A program made the translations under genes and the position numbers. Positions 18,783 to 27,485 of a stretch of DNA of 64,000 nt are shown here, in pieces; the first letter of the stretch is position 1, and each line of letters opens with the position of its first letter. A model generated the notes under the pieces. That model was not told the DNA's origin, searched no databases, and saw only the letters and a list, made by a program, of their open reading frames with translations. This stretch comes from Tissierellales bacterium (GTDB lineage: Bacteria; Bacillota; Clostridia; Tissierellales; JAOAQY01). Location of the stretch: contig JAOAQY010000034.1 of NCBI GenBank assembly GCA_025210965.1, positions 32,207 to 96,206 of the forward strand, given 5' to 3'.

Positions 18783-19322
18783 GTGGAAGATAAAAATTAT
18801 TTAGAAGCATTTTTTTTAAATAGAGATTCATTGATAGATAAATATGAAAAAGGTAATATTACTAAAACTGAATATGTGTGTGAATGTATGAAGTTTTTTA
18901 AGGACAATAACTTAGAACCATATGACCATATAACGACAATCGAACAAGGAATGTTCAATTATCAATATTATAATATGTTAGCTAAGTATTACTATATAGA
19001 AGCGCATGAATGTGAATTAAAAGGTGAAGAAAAATACATGCAATCATTTTTAGATGAAGCCTATGAATGTTACAAGATAAAAGATAGGGCTACATTTGAA
19101 ATAATTAAAATAGTAAATTTGAAGAATGTAGAAGCTTATTATATAAAGTTATCGTCTGAGAGTTTAAGTGGTAAGCTATTTGAAATAAAAATTTGTAACT
19201 ATGATCGTGCAGTCTTTCATTCTAAAAATTATAAAATACGTGACTATCTAAAGCGAAATGGTGTATTTAAAAAAGAAGCTCAAAAGTCAATTATAGATTC
19301 ATATGTAAATGATAAATATTAA
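18783..19322 (+). CDS. Hypothetical protein (179 aa, Tyr/Cys/Glu-rich, no recognised domain)
   Basis: An open frame with a GTG start follows yihY and precedes a strong terminator. The start is uncertain. Confidence 0.5.
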   Translation: MEDKNYLEAFFLNRDSLIDKYEKGNITKTEYVCECMKFFKDNNLEPYDHITTIEQGMFNYQYYNMLAKYYYIEAHECELKGEEKYMQSFLDEAYECYKIKDRATFEIIKIVNLKNVEAYYIKLSSESLSGKLFEIKICNYDRAVFHSKNYKIRDYLKRNGVFKKEAQKSIIDSYVNDKY

Positions 19323-19327
19323 TAAAA

Positions 19328-19385
19328 ATACCTCCAAAGTAGACAATCTAATTTAACTAGATCGTTTATTTTGGAGGTATTTTAT
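19328..19385. terminator. Bidirectional terminator between convergent genes
   Basis: An 11-bp stem ATACCTCCAAA/TTTGGAGGTAT has A-rich and T-rich flanks. Confidence 0.7.
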
Positions 19386-19409
19386 TATTCAGCTGCTTTT
19401 TGTTAATGT

Positions 19410-19958
19410 TTATCTTCCTGCAATTTTTTTTATTATATTGTCTAGAGACATATCTGAGCTAAGGTCAAATGTTCCAGATTGTAATTTCGTATCCAATTTT
19501 AACTCACCAGCTCTTTTCAAAAATTCAGATTTGCTAGCAATAATATTTGAGTCAACTAAAATTTGTCCGATTTTTTGACTAGTAGAACCGCTAGGAATCT
19601 TTACTTTTTTAGAAACAACAGAAGATTTGTTTCCTGAGTTTGCATTTGCTTGGGAATTATTGGAAACTGTTGTTGATTCATTGGAATTTGAAGCAGTTTG
19701 TTCTGATAAATCGATGCTTACACTAATTGGTTTATCTTCATCGTCAATAATACCAGCTTCGGTAACTGTTTCGATTTCACGTATAACTTCACTAGATGTT
19801 CCAGTTTCAGCAGATTCTACAGCTGCAATCTTATTATCGAAAACTATGCCTAACCGCCAATCTAAAATACCTAAAACACAAATTACAACAACACCAATTA
19901 TTATGTAATCGACAATATCATAGAAAAAATCTTTTGCCTTATCTGAAAATGTTCTCAT
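19410..19958 (-). CDS. Membrane-anchored protein with only the MltG/YceG-type N-terminal (LysM-like) domain
   Basis: It has an N-terminal TM, a Ser/Asn/Thr-rich linker, and a C-terminus KIPSGSTSQKIGQILVDSNII...LQSGTFDLSSDMSLDNIIKKI that resembles the MltG N-domain. No catalytic domain is present. The RBS is AGGGGGA. Confidence 0.6.
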   Translation of the reverse strand: MRTFSDKAKDFFYDIVDYIIIGVVVICVLGILDWRLGIVFDNKIAAVESAETGTSSEVIREIETVTEAGIIDDEDKPISVSIDLSEQTASNSNESTTVSNNSQANANSGNKSSVVSKKVKIPSGSTSQKIGQILVDSNIIASKSEFLKRAGELKLDTKLQSGTFDLSSDMSLDNIIKKIAGR

Positions 19959-20171
19959 ATCAAATCCCCCTGTCTTACATTATTGATCATACCATATTTT
20001 ATCACAAAAAACCATGAAATAACTATGTAGAATTTTTATAAAAATTATTGTCTAGTGATTCTAATAGCTTATAGTGTAGATATTAGTAAATTATGGTAGA
20101 ATAATACTAGAATGGGTATAAAGTTAAAAGACTAGAAATTTAATATGATGCTTTTGAAGGAGGCTATATTT

Positions 20172-21833
20172 ATGACTATTATTAATGTGAAAAATTATGG
20201 GACTTGTGAAGTGAGTAAAACGAGTAAATATATAGATGTTGTTAAACATTTTTTGAAAGATAATTATAAAAGTGTGCTATGTGTAAAAGCGAATAATAAT
20301 ATTGAACACTTAGAAAGCTTTGTTGAAAAAGATGCCGAAATTGAATTTTTGAATATTAGAAATAAAGACGGATGGAGAGTTTATATAAGAACGTTAACTT
20401 TGATTTATATAAAAGCAGTGAGAGAGCTTTTTCCAAATGAAAGTGTGGTTATAGAACACTCGCTTAACAGAGGTTTATCGACTAGATTGTCTTCAGATAT
20501 AGAAGTAGATGAAGCGGTTGTGATTAAAATTAAAGATAAAATGAAAAAAATAATTAGTAATGATGAGCCTATTGAAAGAGTTTATTTGGATCTTCAAGTT
20601 GCAAATAGATATTTTGAAGAAGAAGGATTAGAAGATAAAGTTAGACTTTCCAAATACAGAGCGCAAGATATGATTCATGTGTCAAAGCTTGGAGATTATT
20701 ATGATAAATTTTATGGATACTTAGCAATTTCTACTGGCTATATAGATTTATTTGATTTGAGAGCATATAGAGGTGGGATAATACTTCATTTTCCTGATAG
20801 AGAGCATGAGTATAAGATTCCACCAGTTGAAAATACTGACAAATTAGCTCAAGTTTTTGGAGAATCGGAGGCATGGGCCAAAATATTAGGTGTAGGTGAA
20901 GTTGCAAGTCTAAATGAGCATATAGATAATTGCACTATAGCCAATATAATAAGAGTTAGTGAAGGGCTTCAAGAAAAGAAAATAGCAATGATAGCTGATC
21001 AGATTTGTGAAAAACCAAATAGGAGAATAATATTGATTGCAGGACCTTCATCATCAGGTAAAACAACTTTTGCACAAAGGTTGTCTGTGCAATTACAAGT
21101 GAATGGAAAGAGGCCAGTTGCTATATCGGTAGATGATTATTTTGTAAATAGAGAAAATACACCGGTCGACGAAAATGGCGATTATGATTTTGAAGCATTA
21201 GAAGCTATTGATTTAGAACAATTCAATAAAGATTTACTTGAATTAATACAAGGAAAAAAAGTTGAATTGCCAAGATTTAATTTTAAAGAAGGTAGAAGAG
21301 AATATCACGGCGATTATATACAGATAGATGAAGATCAAATTGTTATAATAGAGGGGATACATGGCTTGAATGATAGACTTACTTCTGCTATATCACATGA
21401 TCAAAAATTCAAAATATATATAAGTGCATTGACTCAATTGAATGTTGATAGGCACAATAGAATACCAACTACAGATACTAGAATCTTAAGAAGAATGGTT
21501 AGAGATTTTAAATATAGAGGAAGTGATGCTGAGCGTACATTTAGTTTGTGGGCGTCAGTTAGAAGAGGGGAGAACAAAAATATATTCCCATTCCAAGAGA
21601 GTGCTGATGCGATATTTAACTCTGCATTAGTTTATGAATTAGGTGTACTAAAGAAATATGCTGAGCCATTGTTGAAATCGATAGATGCAAATTCGAAGTA
21701 TTATTCAGAAGCGAGGAGACTTTTGAAGTTCTTAAAATACTTTAAAGCAATAGAGGATGAGCGAGTAATACCTAGCACTTCCATAGTGAAAGAATTTGTA
21801 GGAGGAAGTTGTTTTAGAAGAGATGAAGAGTAA
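20172..21833 (+). CDS. Uridine-kinase/phosphoribulokinase-family P-loop kinase with long N-terminal TGS/ThrRS-like extension
   Basis: The P-loop is AGPSSSGKTTFAQRL and the C-terminal half is Udk-like. The N-terminal ~280 aa are non-kinase. The RBS GAAGGAGG lies 8 nt before ATG 20172. Confidence 0.7.
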   Translation: MTIINVKNYGTCEVSKTSKYIDVVKHFLKDNYKSVLCVKANNNIEHLESFVEKDAEIEFLNIRNKDGWRVYIRTLTLIYIKAVRELFPNESVVIEHSLNRGLSTRLSSDIEVDEAVVIKIKDKMKKIISNDEPIERVYLDLQVANRYFEEEGLEDKVRLSKYRAQDMIHVSKLGDYYDKFYGYLAISTGYIDLFDLRAYRGGIILHFPDREHEYKIPPVENTDKLAQVFGESEAWAKILGVGEVASLNEHIDNCTIANIIRVSEGLQEKKIAMIADQICEKPNRRIILIAGPSSSGKTTFAQRLSVQLQVNGKRPVAISVDDYFVNRENTPVDENGDYDFEALEAIDLEQFNKDLLELIQGKKVELPRFNFKEGRREYHGDYIQIDEDQIVIIEGIHGLNDRLTSAISHDQKFKIYISALTQLNVDRHNRIPTTDTRILRRMVRDFKYRGSDAERTFSLWASVRRGENKNIFPFQESADAIFNSALVYELGVLKKYAEPLLKSIDANSKYYSEARRLLKFLKYFKAIEDERVIPSTSIVKEFVGGSCFRRDEE

Positions 21834-23178
21834 TGTTATAGAATTAAATGATGATGTAGAGAGTATAATTAAAATATTTAAAAAAAGTGGATATGAATGT
21901 TATATTGTTGGCGGAGCGATTAGGGATAAGTTGATTGGCAGAGGCGTAAATGATTGGGATTTCACGACTGATGCCAATCCTGATCAAATATTGGAATTAG
22001 CAAGAAAAAACAGCGTTAAATCAATTCCTACAGGTAAAAAATTTGGAACAATTACACTTTTGATCAATGATGAAAAATATGAAGTGACAACTTATAGAAT
22101 CGAAAAGGACTATGTGGACCATAGAGAACCAAGTGTGGTATATTATTCTGATTCTTTGATTGAGGATTTGAAACGGCGAGATTTTACAATTAACTCTTTA
22201 GCTTACGATATTGAAATGGGCGTTGTTGATTATTTTGAAGGAATAAGTGATTTGAAAAATAGAATTATAAGATGTGTTGGAGAGGCAGAGGAACGTTTCG
22301 AAGAAGATGCACTTAGAATGCTTAGGGCTATAAGATTTGCAGCACAATTGAATTTTGAAATTGAAAGTAGAACAATGGATGCTATATTGAAAAAAAAGAA
22401 TTTGCTTACATTTTTGAGCGAGGAGAGAATTAGGGAGGAATTAAATAAAATACTCCTTAGCAATAATCCGCGAAAAGGCTTGGATCTGTTTGTAAAGACT
22501 GGAATTATTGAAGTTATATTTCCTGAATTAAAAGATATGATAGGATTTGAGCAAAATACACCCCATCATGATATGGATGTTTTTGACCATACGATTAGCG
22601 TTGTTGAAAAGACACCGTGTAGATTGAATATAAGGTTAGCGGCGCTTTTACATGATATTGCAAAGCCAAAATGTTATTTAGAGGATGAAACAGGTGTTGG
22701 TCACTTTTATGGTCATGAGAAAGAATCATCGATTTTAGCTAATGAGTTTTTGAAGAGGCTAAAGTATAGTAATGAAATGACGGAAAGTGTTGTGAATTTG
22801 GTAAAAAATCATATGCATGTATACCGAGGAGAATACACGGATAAAGCTATAAAGAAGTTTGTGAATAAGTTAAAGCCAAATACGTTGTATGATTTTATAG
22901 ACCTTCAATGGGCAGATGTCATGAGTACTACGCATAGAGGTGAAACCGAATTTTTAGAGGTACTTAAAAGACGATATGAAGCTATACTAGAAAGAAATGA
23001 GGCGTTTTCACTAAAGGACTTGGATATAAATGGTAATGATTTGATGAATGCTGGGTTTGATCGAGGACCAATTATTGGAGAAATATTGGAATATATATTG
23101 GAAAAAGTTCTTGAAAACCCCGATTTAAATAGGAAGAAGAAACTTATGAAGATTGCTGAGACTAAATTTTTGAATTAA
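21823..23178 (+). CDS. cca: CCA-adding tRNA nucleotidyltransferase (with HD domain)
   Basis: It has GGAIRDKLIGR..NDWDFTT, RDFTINSLAY and an HD motif (HHDMDVFDHT...LLHDIAKP). Confidence 0.85.
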   Translation: MKSNVIELNDDVESIIKIFKKSGYECYIVGGAIRDKLIGRGVNDWDFTTDANPDQILELARKNSVKSIPTGKKFGTITLLINDEKYEVTTYRIEKDYVDHREPSVVYYSDSLIEDLKRRDFTINSLAYDIEMGVVDYFEGISDLKNRIIRCVGEAEERFEEDALRMLRAIRFAAQLNFEIESRTMDAILKKKNLLTFLSEERIREELNKILLSNNPRKGLDLFVKTGIIEVIFPELKDMIGFEQNTPHHDMDVFDHTISVVEKTPCRLNIRLAALLHDIAKPKCYLEDETGVGHFYGHEKESSILANEFLKRLKYSNEMTESVVNLVKNHMHVYRGEYTDKAIKKFVNKLKPNTLYDFIDLQWADVMSTTHRGETEFLEVLKRRYEAILERNEAFSLKDLDINGNDLMNAGFDRGPIIGEILEYILEKVLENPDLNRKKKLMKIAETKFLN

Positions 23179-23186
23179 AAAGCATT

Positions 23187-23231
23187 AAAAAAGAGTTCTG
23201 AAAATCAAATAGATTTTCAGAACTCTTTTTT
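23187..23231. terminator. Bidirectional terminator between cca and rodA
   Basis: A perfect 15-bp stem AGAGTTCTGAAAATC/GATTTTCAGAACTCT is flanked by an A-run and a T-run. Confidence 0.85.
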
Positions 23232-23248
23232 ATATTTTCATTATATTG

Positions 23249-24358
23249 CTAATCAAATAGTAAATTTTTTCTACGCATACCAACGCTTAGTGCCATACCT
23301 ACTCCCAATAAGTTTGATAGCAATGCAGTTCCACCATAACTTATAAATGGAAGAGGTATTCCGGTAACAGGCATAAGCCCCATATTCATACCTACATTTT
23401 CGATAACATGAAATAGAATCATAGCTAAAATTCCCATATTTAGGAGAGAACCATAAAGATCTTTACTGTCCCTAGCTAGTTTGATTAATCTATAAAAAAT
23501 AACTAGATAGAGAAATAATAGAAACATGCCACCAGCAAAACCAAAAACCTCACCAATTACTGAAAAAATCATATCAGTATGATTTTCAGGTAGATAACCA
23601 TATTTTATAAATTTTGCATCTTCAAGGCCCCTGCCAAAAAGCATTCCCGAGCCGATAGCTGTTTTAGCTTGCAAAACTTGATAGCCACTGCCGGTAGGAT
23701 CTTTTGTTGGGTCAAGAAAGACAAGTATTCTTTGTTGTTGATATTCGTCGAATTTAAGCCAAAGTAAAGGCATACTCAAAAGCACAACAGAGATAGCTGA
23801 AAGAATATATTTCCAATTTAAGCCTGCAACGAATAGCATTATAGCTATTATAAAAGTACATACCATAGCTGTTCCAAAGTCGTTTTCAAGAATTAAAGCA
23901 ACTGGGAAAAATGAAAATACTAAAACTTTTATAAGTGTAAGTGGTTCGTTTATATGCTCTTTATTTAGATCAATGAATTTACCTACACAGATTATAATTG
24001 AAATTTTTGCTATTTCTGAGGGTTGAAATCTTATAAAACTACCTATAACTAGCCAACTTTTCGCTCCATTAGCCTCATCACCTATTAACATAACTAAAAT
24101 TAGTAAAAAACAAGTGATTATGTAAATTGGGATGTATAGTTTCCCTATAAATTCATAGTCGATAAAAAGCAAAAGAGCTATAGCAAAGATTCCCAAAACT
24201 AATGCAGCACCTTGAGGTTTTAGGTATCTAAAAAAGCCTGAACTGGAATTTACAGTAGCAACATATATAGTGACCATTCCAAAACAAGAAATAACAATAG
24301 TTGTTATCAATAATGGCCAGTCAAAATATTTTAAAAGTTTTTTATCAAAATTAAACAC
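23249..24358 (-). CDS. rodA: FtsW/RodA/SpoVE family peptidoglycan glycosyltransferase
   Basis: It has the SEDS profile (...DFGTAMV..., ...PENHTDMIFSVIGEVFGF..., ...PVTGIPLPFISYGGT...). The RBS GGAGTG lies 5 nt before GTG at 24358. The ORF-track upstream extension lacks an RBS. Confidence 0.8.
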   Translation of the reverse strand: MFNFDKKLLKYFDWPLLITTIVISCFGMVTIYVATVNSSSGFFRYLKPQGAALVLGIFAIALLLFIDYEFIGKLYIPIYIITCFLLILVMLIGDEANGAKSWLVIGSFIRFQPSEIAKISIIICVGKFIDLNKEHINEPLTLIKVLVFSFFPVALILENDFGTAMVCTFIIAIMLFVAGLNWKYILSAISVVLLSMPLLWLKFDEYQQQRILVFLDPTKDPTGSGYQVLQAKTAIGSGMLFGRGLEDAKFIKYGYLPENHTDMIFSVIGEVFGFAGGMFLLFLYLVIFYRLIKLARDSKDLYGSLLNMGILAMILFHVIENVGMNMGLMPVTGIPLPFISYGGTALLSNLLGVGMALSVGMRRKNLLFD

Positions 24359-24478
24359 AGAATCACTCCGTTTCAAGTACAAAAAGTCAAAATAGACTAG
24401 ATTATTAATCATAAAAATTATATCATAAAATAATACTAGAATATATGAGTATTTTGTGTAAATCAATATTTATAGGAG

Positions 24479-25321
24479 TTGATGTTATTGAATATAGGGT
24501 GTCACTTATCTGTTGCAAAAGGATTTTATAAAGCAGGATTACAAGCATGCGAAATTGGAGCAAATACATTTCAATTTTTTACTAGGAATCCTCGAGGTGG
24601 TAAAGCAAAAGCTTTAGATACTGAAGATATAGATAAATTGAAAGTGCTAATGAGAGAACATCAATTTAGCAATTTGTGCGCACATGCATCGTACACAATG
24701 AATTTGTGCTCAAATAATGAAGATACTAGAGACTTTGCAAAACAATTATTTAGAGATGATTTAAAGAGGTTGAAGCAATTGCCAAGATCATACTATATTT
24801 TTCATCCAGGTTCTCATGTAAAACAAGGTAGTGAGAAAGGAATAGAATATATAATTAGTGCACTTAATGAAATATTACTAGAGGATACGGAGACGTATAT
24901 ATTGCTTGAGACTATGGCGGGAAAAGGAAGTGAAGTTGGCAGGAATTTGAATGAAATAAAGAATATAATTGATGGAGTTAAGTATAATAAGCAGTTAGGA
25001 GTGTGTTTAGATACTTGTCATTTGTATTCTTCGGGATATGATTTAAAAAATAATTTAAATGGTGTAGTTTCAGAAATTGACAAGATAGTTGGATTAGAAA
25101 AAGTTAAAGCCATGCATTTAAATGATAGTAAAACTGAATTTGCATCATTTAAAGATCGTCATGAAAAATTAGGCGAAGGTAGCCTTGGATGGGATACAAT
25201 TGAATCGATTGTCAATCATACTGCGTTTGAGAATATAGTATTTAATTTGGAAACTCCTAATGAGTTGGAGGGATATAAACGCGAAATAGAGATTGTTAGA
25301 AATTTTGTGACGAATAATTAA
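24479..25321 (+). CDS. nfo: Deoxyribonuclease IV (endonuclease IV)
   Basis: It has an AP endonuclease family 2 pattern (IGCHLS..., FHPGSH, CLDTCHLYSSGYD, MHLNDSK). The exact start (24479-24491) is ambiguous. Confidence 0.85.
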   Translation: MMLLNIGCHLSVAKGFYKAGLQACEIGANTFQFFTRNPRGGKAKALDTEDIDKLKVLMREHQFSNLCAHASYTMNLCSNNEDTRDFAKQLFRDDLKRLKQLPRSYYIFHPGSHVKQGSEKGIEYIISALNEILLEDTETYILLETMAGKGSEVGRNLNEIKNIIDGVKYNKQLGVCLDTCHLYSSGYDLKNNLNGVVSEIDKIVGLEKVKAMHLNDSKTEFASFKDRHEKLGEGSLGWDTIESIVNHTAFENIVFNLETPNELEGYKREIEIVRNFVTNN

Positions 25322-25410
25322 CAAAAAAATGAATCGAAAGAGTAGGAAATAAAAGGAATGATGTAGTATAGTTTATATAGAGAAGGATATCTTTAAAGGG
25401 GGATTATGAT

Positions 25411-26598
25411 ATGTCAAATGTACATGAATTAGCTTATTTGAAAGATAAAATAGAAGACCTAAAGGAAAGTGGTGTTTATAGAAAGCTACCAGTATTAGGA
25501 GGGGCTTGTGATGCAGAGGCAGAACTTAACGGAAAAGATGTTATAAATTTATCTTCTAATAACTACTTAGGATTTGCGAATCATCCTAGAATTAAAGAAG
25601 CTGCAAAGAAAGCTATAGACAAATACGGAGTAGGAGCAGGTGCTGTTAGGACTATAGTTGGTAATATGGATATACACGAACAATTAGATAAAAAGTTGGC
25701 TGAATTTAAAAGAGAAGAAGCTGCTATAGCATTTCAATCTGGATTTAATTGTAATGCAGGAACTATACAAGCTATAACAGAAAAAGGGGACTTAATCATA
25801 TCAGATCAATTAAATCATGCTAGTATAATTGATGGGGCGAGACTTAGTAGAGCTGATAAGACTGTATTTAAACATTCTGATATGGAAGATCTAGAGAGAG
25901 TGCTAAAGGAAAAGAGAGATCAGTATAGAAATGTTTTAATCATAACAGATGGTGTATTCAGTATGGATGGTGATATTGCTAAATTACCAGAAATAGTTGA
26001 GTTAGCAGAAAAATATAATTGTATGACATATGTTGATGATGCGCATGGATCAGGGGTGTTAGGTGAAAGCGGAAGAGGAACGGTTGATCACTTTGGACTT
26101 CATGGCAGAGTGGATTTTAGTATCGGAACACTTTCTAAAGCGATTGGTTCTGTTGGCGGTTATGTAGCTTGTAGTAAAACTGCTTATGAATGGTTAAATC
26201 ATAGGGGAAGACCGATTCTATTTAGTACAGCACTTCCACCAGCATCTGTAGGAGCTATATTAGAAGCTCTTGGTATGCTTATGGAATCGACGGAATATAC
26301 TGATAGATTGTGGGATAATGCAAAGTATTTTAAATCTAAATTAGGCAAATTAGGATTTGATACAGGTCATAGCGAAACTCCTATTACGCCTGTTATAATT
26401 GGAGATGAAGCTAAAACTATGGAGTTTAGTAAAAAGCTTTTAGATGCTGGAGTTTATGTATCTGGAATTGTATTTCCAACAGTTCCAAAAGGAACAGGTC
26501 GCTTAAGATGCATGGTTACAGCAGGACATACAAAAGAACAACTTGATAAAGCAGTAGATATTTTTGAAAAGATTGGATCAGAAATGTCTTTGATTTAA
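25411..26598 (+). CDS. kbl: Glycine C-acetyltransferase (2-amino-3-ketobutyrate CoA ligase)
   Basis: It has [38 protein letters not shown] and GTLSKA (PLP Lys), and is 395 aa. Confidence 0.8.
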   Translation: MSNVHELAYLKDKIEDLKESGVYRKLPVLGGACDAEAELNGKDVINLSSNNYLGFANHPRIKEAAKKAIDKYGVGAGAVRTIVGNMDIHEQLDKKLAEFKREEAAIAFQSGFNCNAGTIQAITEKGDLIISDQLNHASIIDGARLSRADKTVFKHSDMEDLERVLKEKRDQYRNVLIITDGVFSMDGDIAKLPEIVELAEKYNCMTYVDDAHGSGVLGESGRGTVDHFGLHGRVDFSIGTLSKAIGSVGGYVACSKTAYEWLNHRGRPILFSTALPPASVGAILEALGMLMESTEYTDRLWDNAKYFKSKLGKLGFDTGHSETPITPVIIGDEAKTMEFSKKLLDAGVYVSGIVFPTVPKGTGRLRCMVTAGHTKEQLDKAVDIFEKIGSEMSLI

Positions 26599-26613
26599 GA
26601 ATTATGAAGCGAG

Positions 26614-26652
26614 AGAGCTAAATTTGTTAAATTCAAATTTAGTTCTTTTTTT
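26614..26652 (+). terminator. Intrinsic terminator after kbl
   Basis: The stem AGCTAAATTTG/CAAATTTAGTT (one G-U) is followed by TTTTTTT. Confidence 0.7.
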
Positions 26653-26817
26653 AGTTAAATAATCTGAAGATAAACTACATGTTTTTTGTATGTTTAAGTA
26701 AGAGAGTGAAATGTTATATACGTGATTTTGTTTGTAGTTAACAAATGATTCTTCATTTACAGTATAAAAAGAAGTATGATAGAATAGGAAGAGTGATTAA
26801 TATAAGGGGAAGTGGCT

Positions 26818-27459
26818 ATGCGGATATTGCAAAAAAAAGAGATTAAAAGAGTATTAGCTATACTAGAAGAAACTTATCCTGATGCAAAACCAGAACTAGA
26901 ATACACTACAGCATTTGAGCTTTTGATAGCAGTGATGCTTAGTGCGCAATGTACAGATAAGCGGGTTAATTTAGTTACTAGAGAATTGTTTAAAAAATAC
27001 AATACTCCTAAGACAATGATTGAATTGACAGTAGAAGAACTTGGCGAATTGATTAAGACTGCAGGATTGTACAAAAATAAAAGTAAAAATATTTTGGCAA
27101 CATGTAGAATTTTGATTGATGAGTACGATGCAGAGGTGCCTGATAATAGAAGTGATTTGGAAAGATTGCCAGGGGTAGGACGAAAAACTGCGAGTGTTGT
27201 GCTAAGTGTTTGGTTTGATATACCAGCTATTGCTGTTGACACGCATGTATTTAGGGTATCAAATAGAATAGGGATTGCAGAGGCTAGTACGGTCAATAAA
27301 ACGGAAAATCAATTGATGGATAATATTCCAGAAAAGCAGTGGTCAAAAGCTCATCATTGGTTAATTTTTCATGGCAGGAGGCTGTGTAAAGCTAGAAATC
27401 CACTATGCGAAGATTGTCCAATTAATGCATTGTGTAAATATTATTCAAATATTAAATAG
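26818..27459 (+). CDS. nth: Endonuclease III
   Basis: It has the HhH-GPD motif (LPGVGRKTASVVL, VDTHVFRV) and the C-terminal 4Fe-4S cluster CX6CX2CX5C (CKARNPLCEDCPINALC). Confidence 0.9.
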   Translation: MRILQKKEIKRVLAILEETYPDAKPELEYTTAFELLIAVMLSAQCTDKRVNLVTRELFKKYNTPKTMIELTVEELGELIKTAGLYKNKSKNILATCRILIDEYDAEVPDNRSDLERLPGVGRKTASVVLSVWFDIPAIAVDTHVFRVSNRIGIAEASTVNKTENQLMDNIPEKQWSKAHHWLIFHGRRLCKARNPLCEDCPINALCKYYSNIK

Positions 27460-27485
27460 ATATATTAGAGTAGAGGTGAAAAATT

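Noticed and set aside
24359-24466. The 36-codon N-terminal extension of rodA in the ORF track (MIYTKYSYILVLFYDIIFMINN...).
   Set aside because: It has no RBS and would run across the divergent nfo promoter region. GTG at 24358 has a GGAGTG RBS and gives the conserved RodA N-terminus (FNFDKKLLKYFDWPLL).
26653-26811. The ~160-nt untranslated stretch between the kbl terminator and nth could be a riboswitch or sRNA.
   Set aside because: I saw no conserved riboswitch core, no stable hairpin and no terminator. It is very AT-rich and most likely just the nth promoter region.
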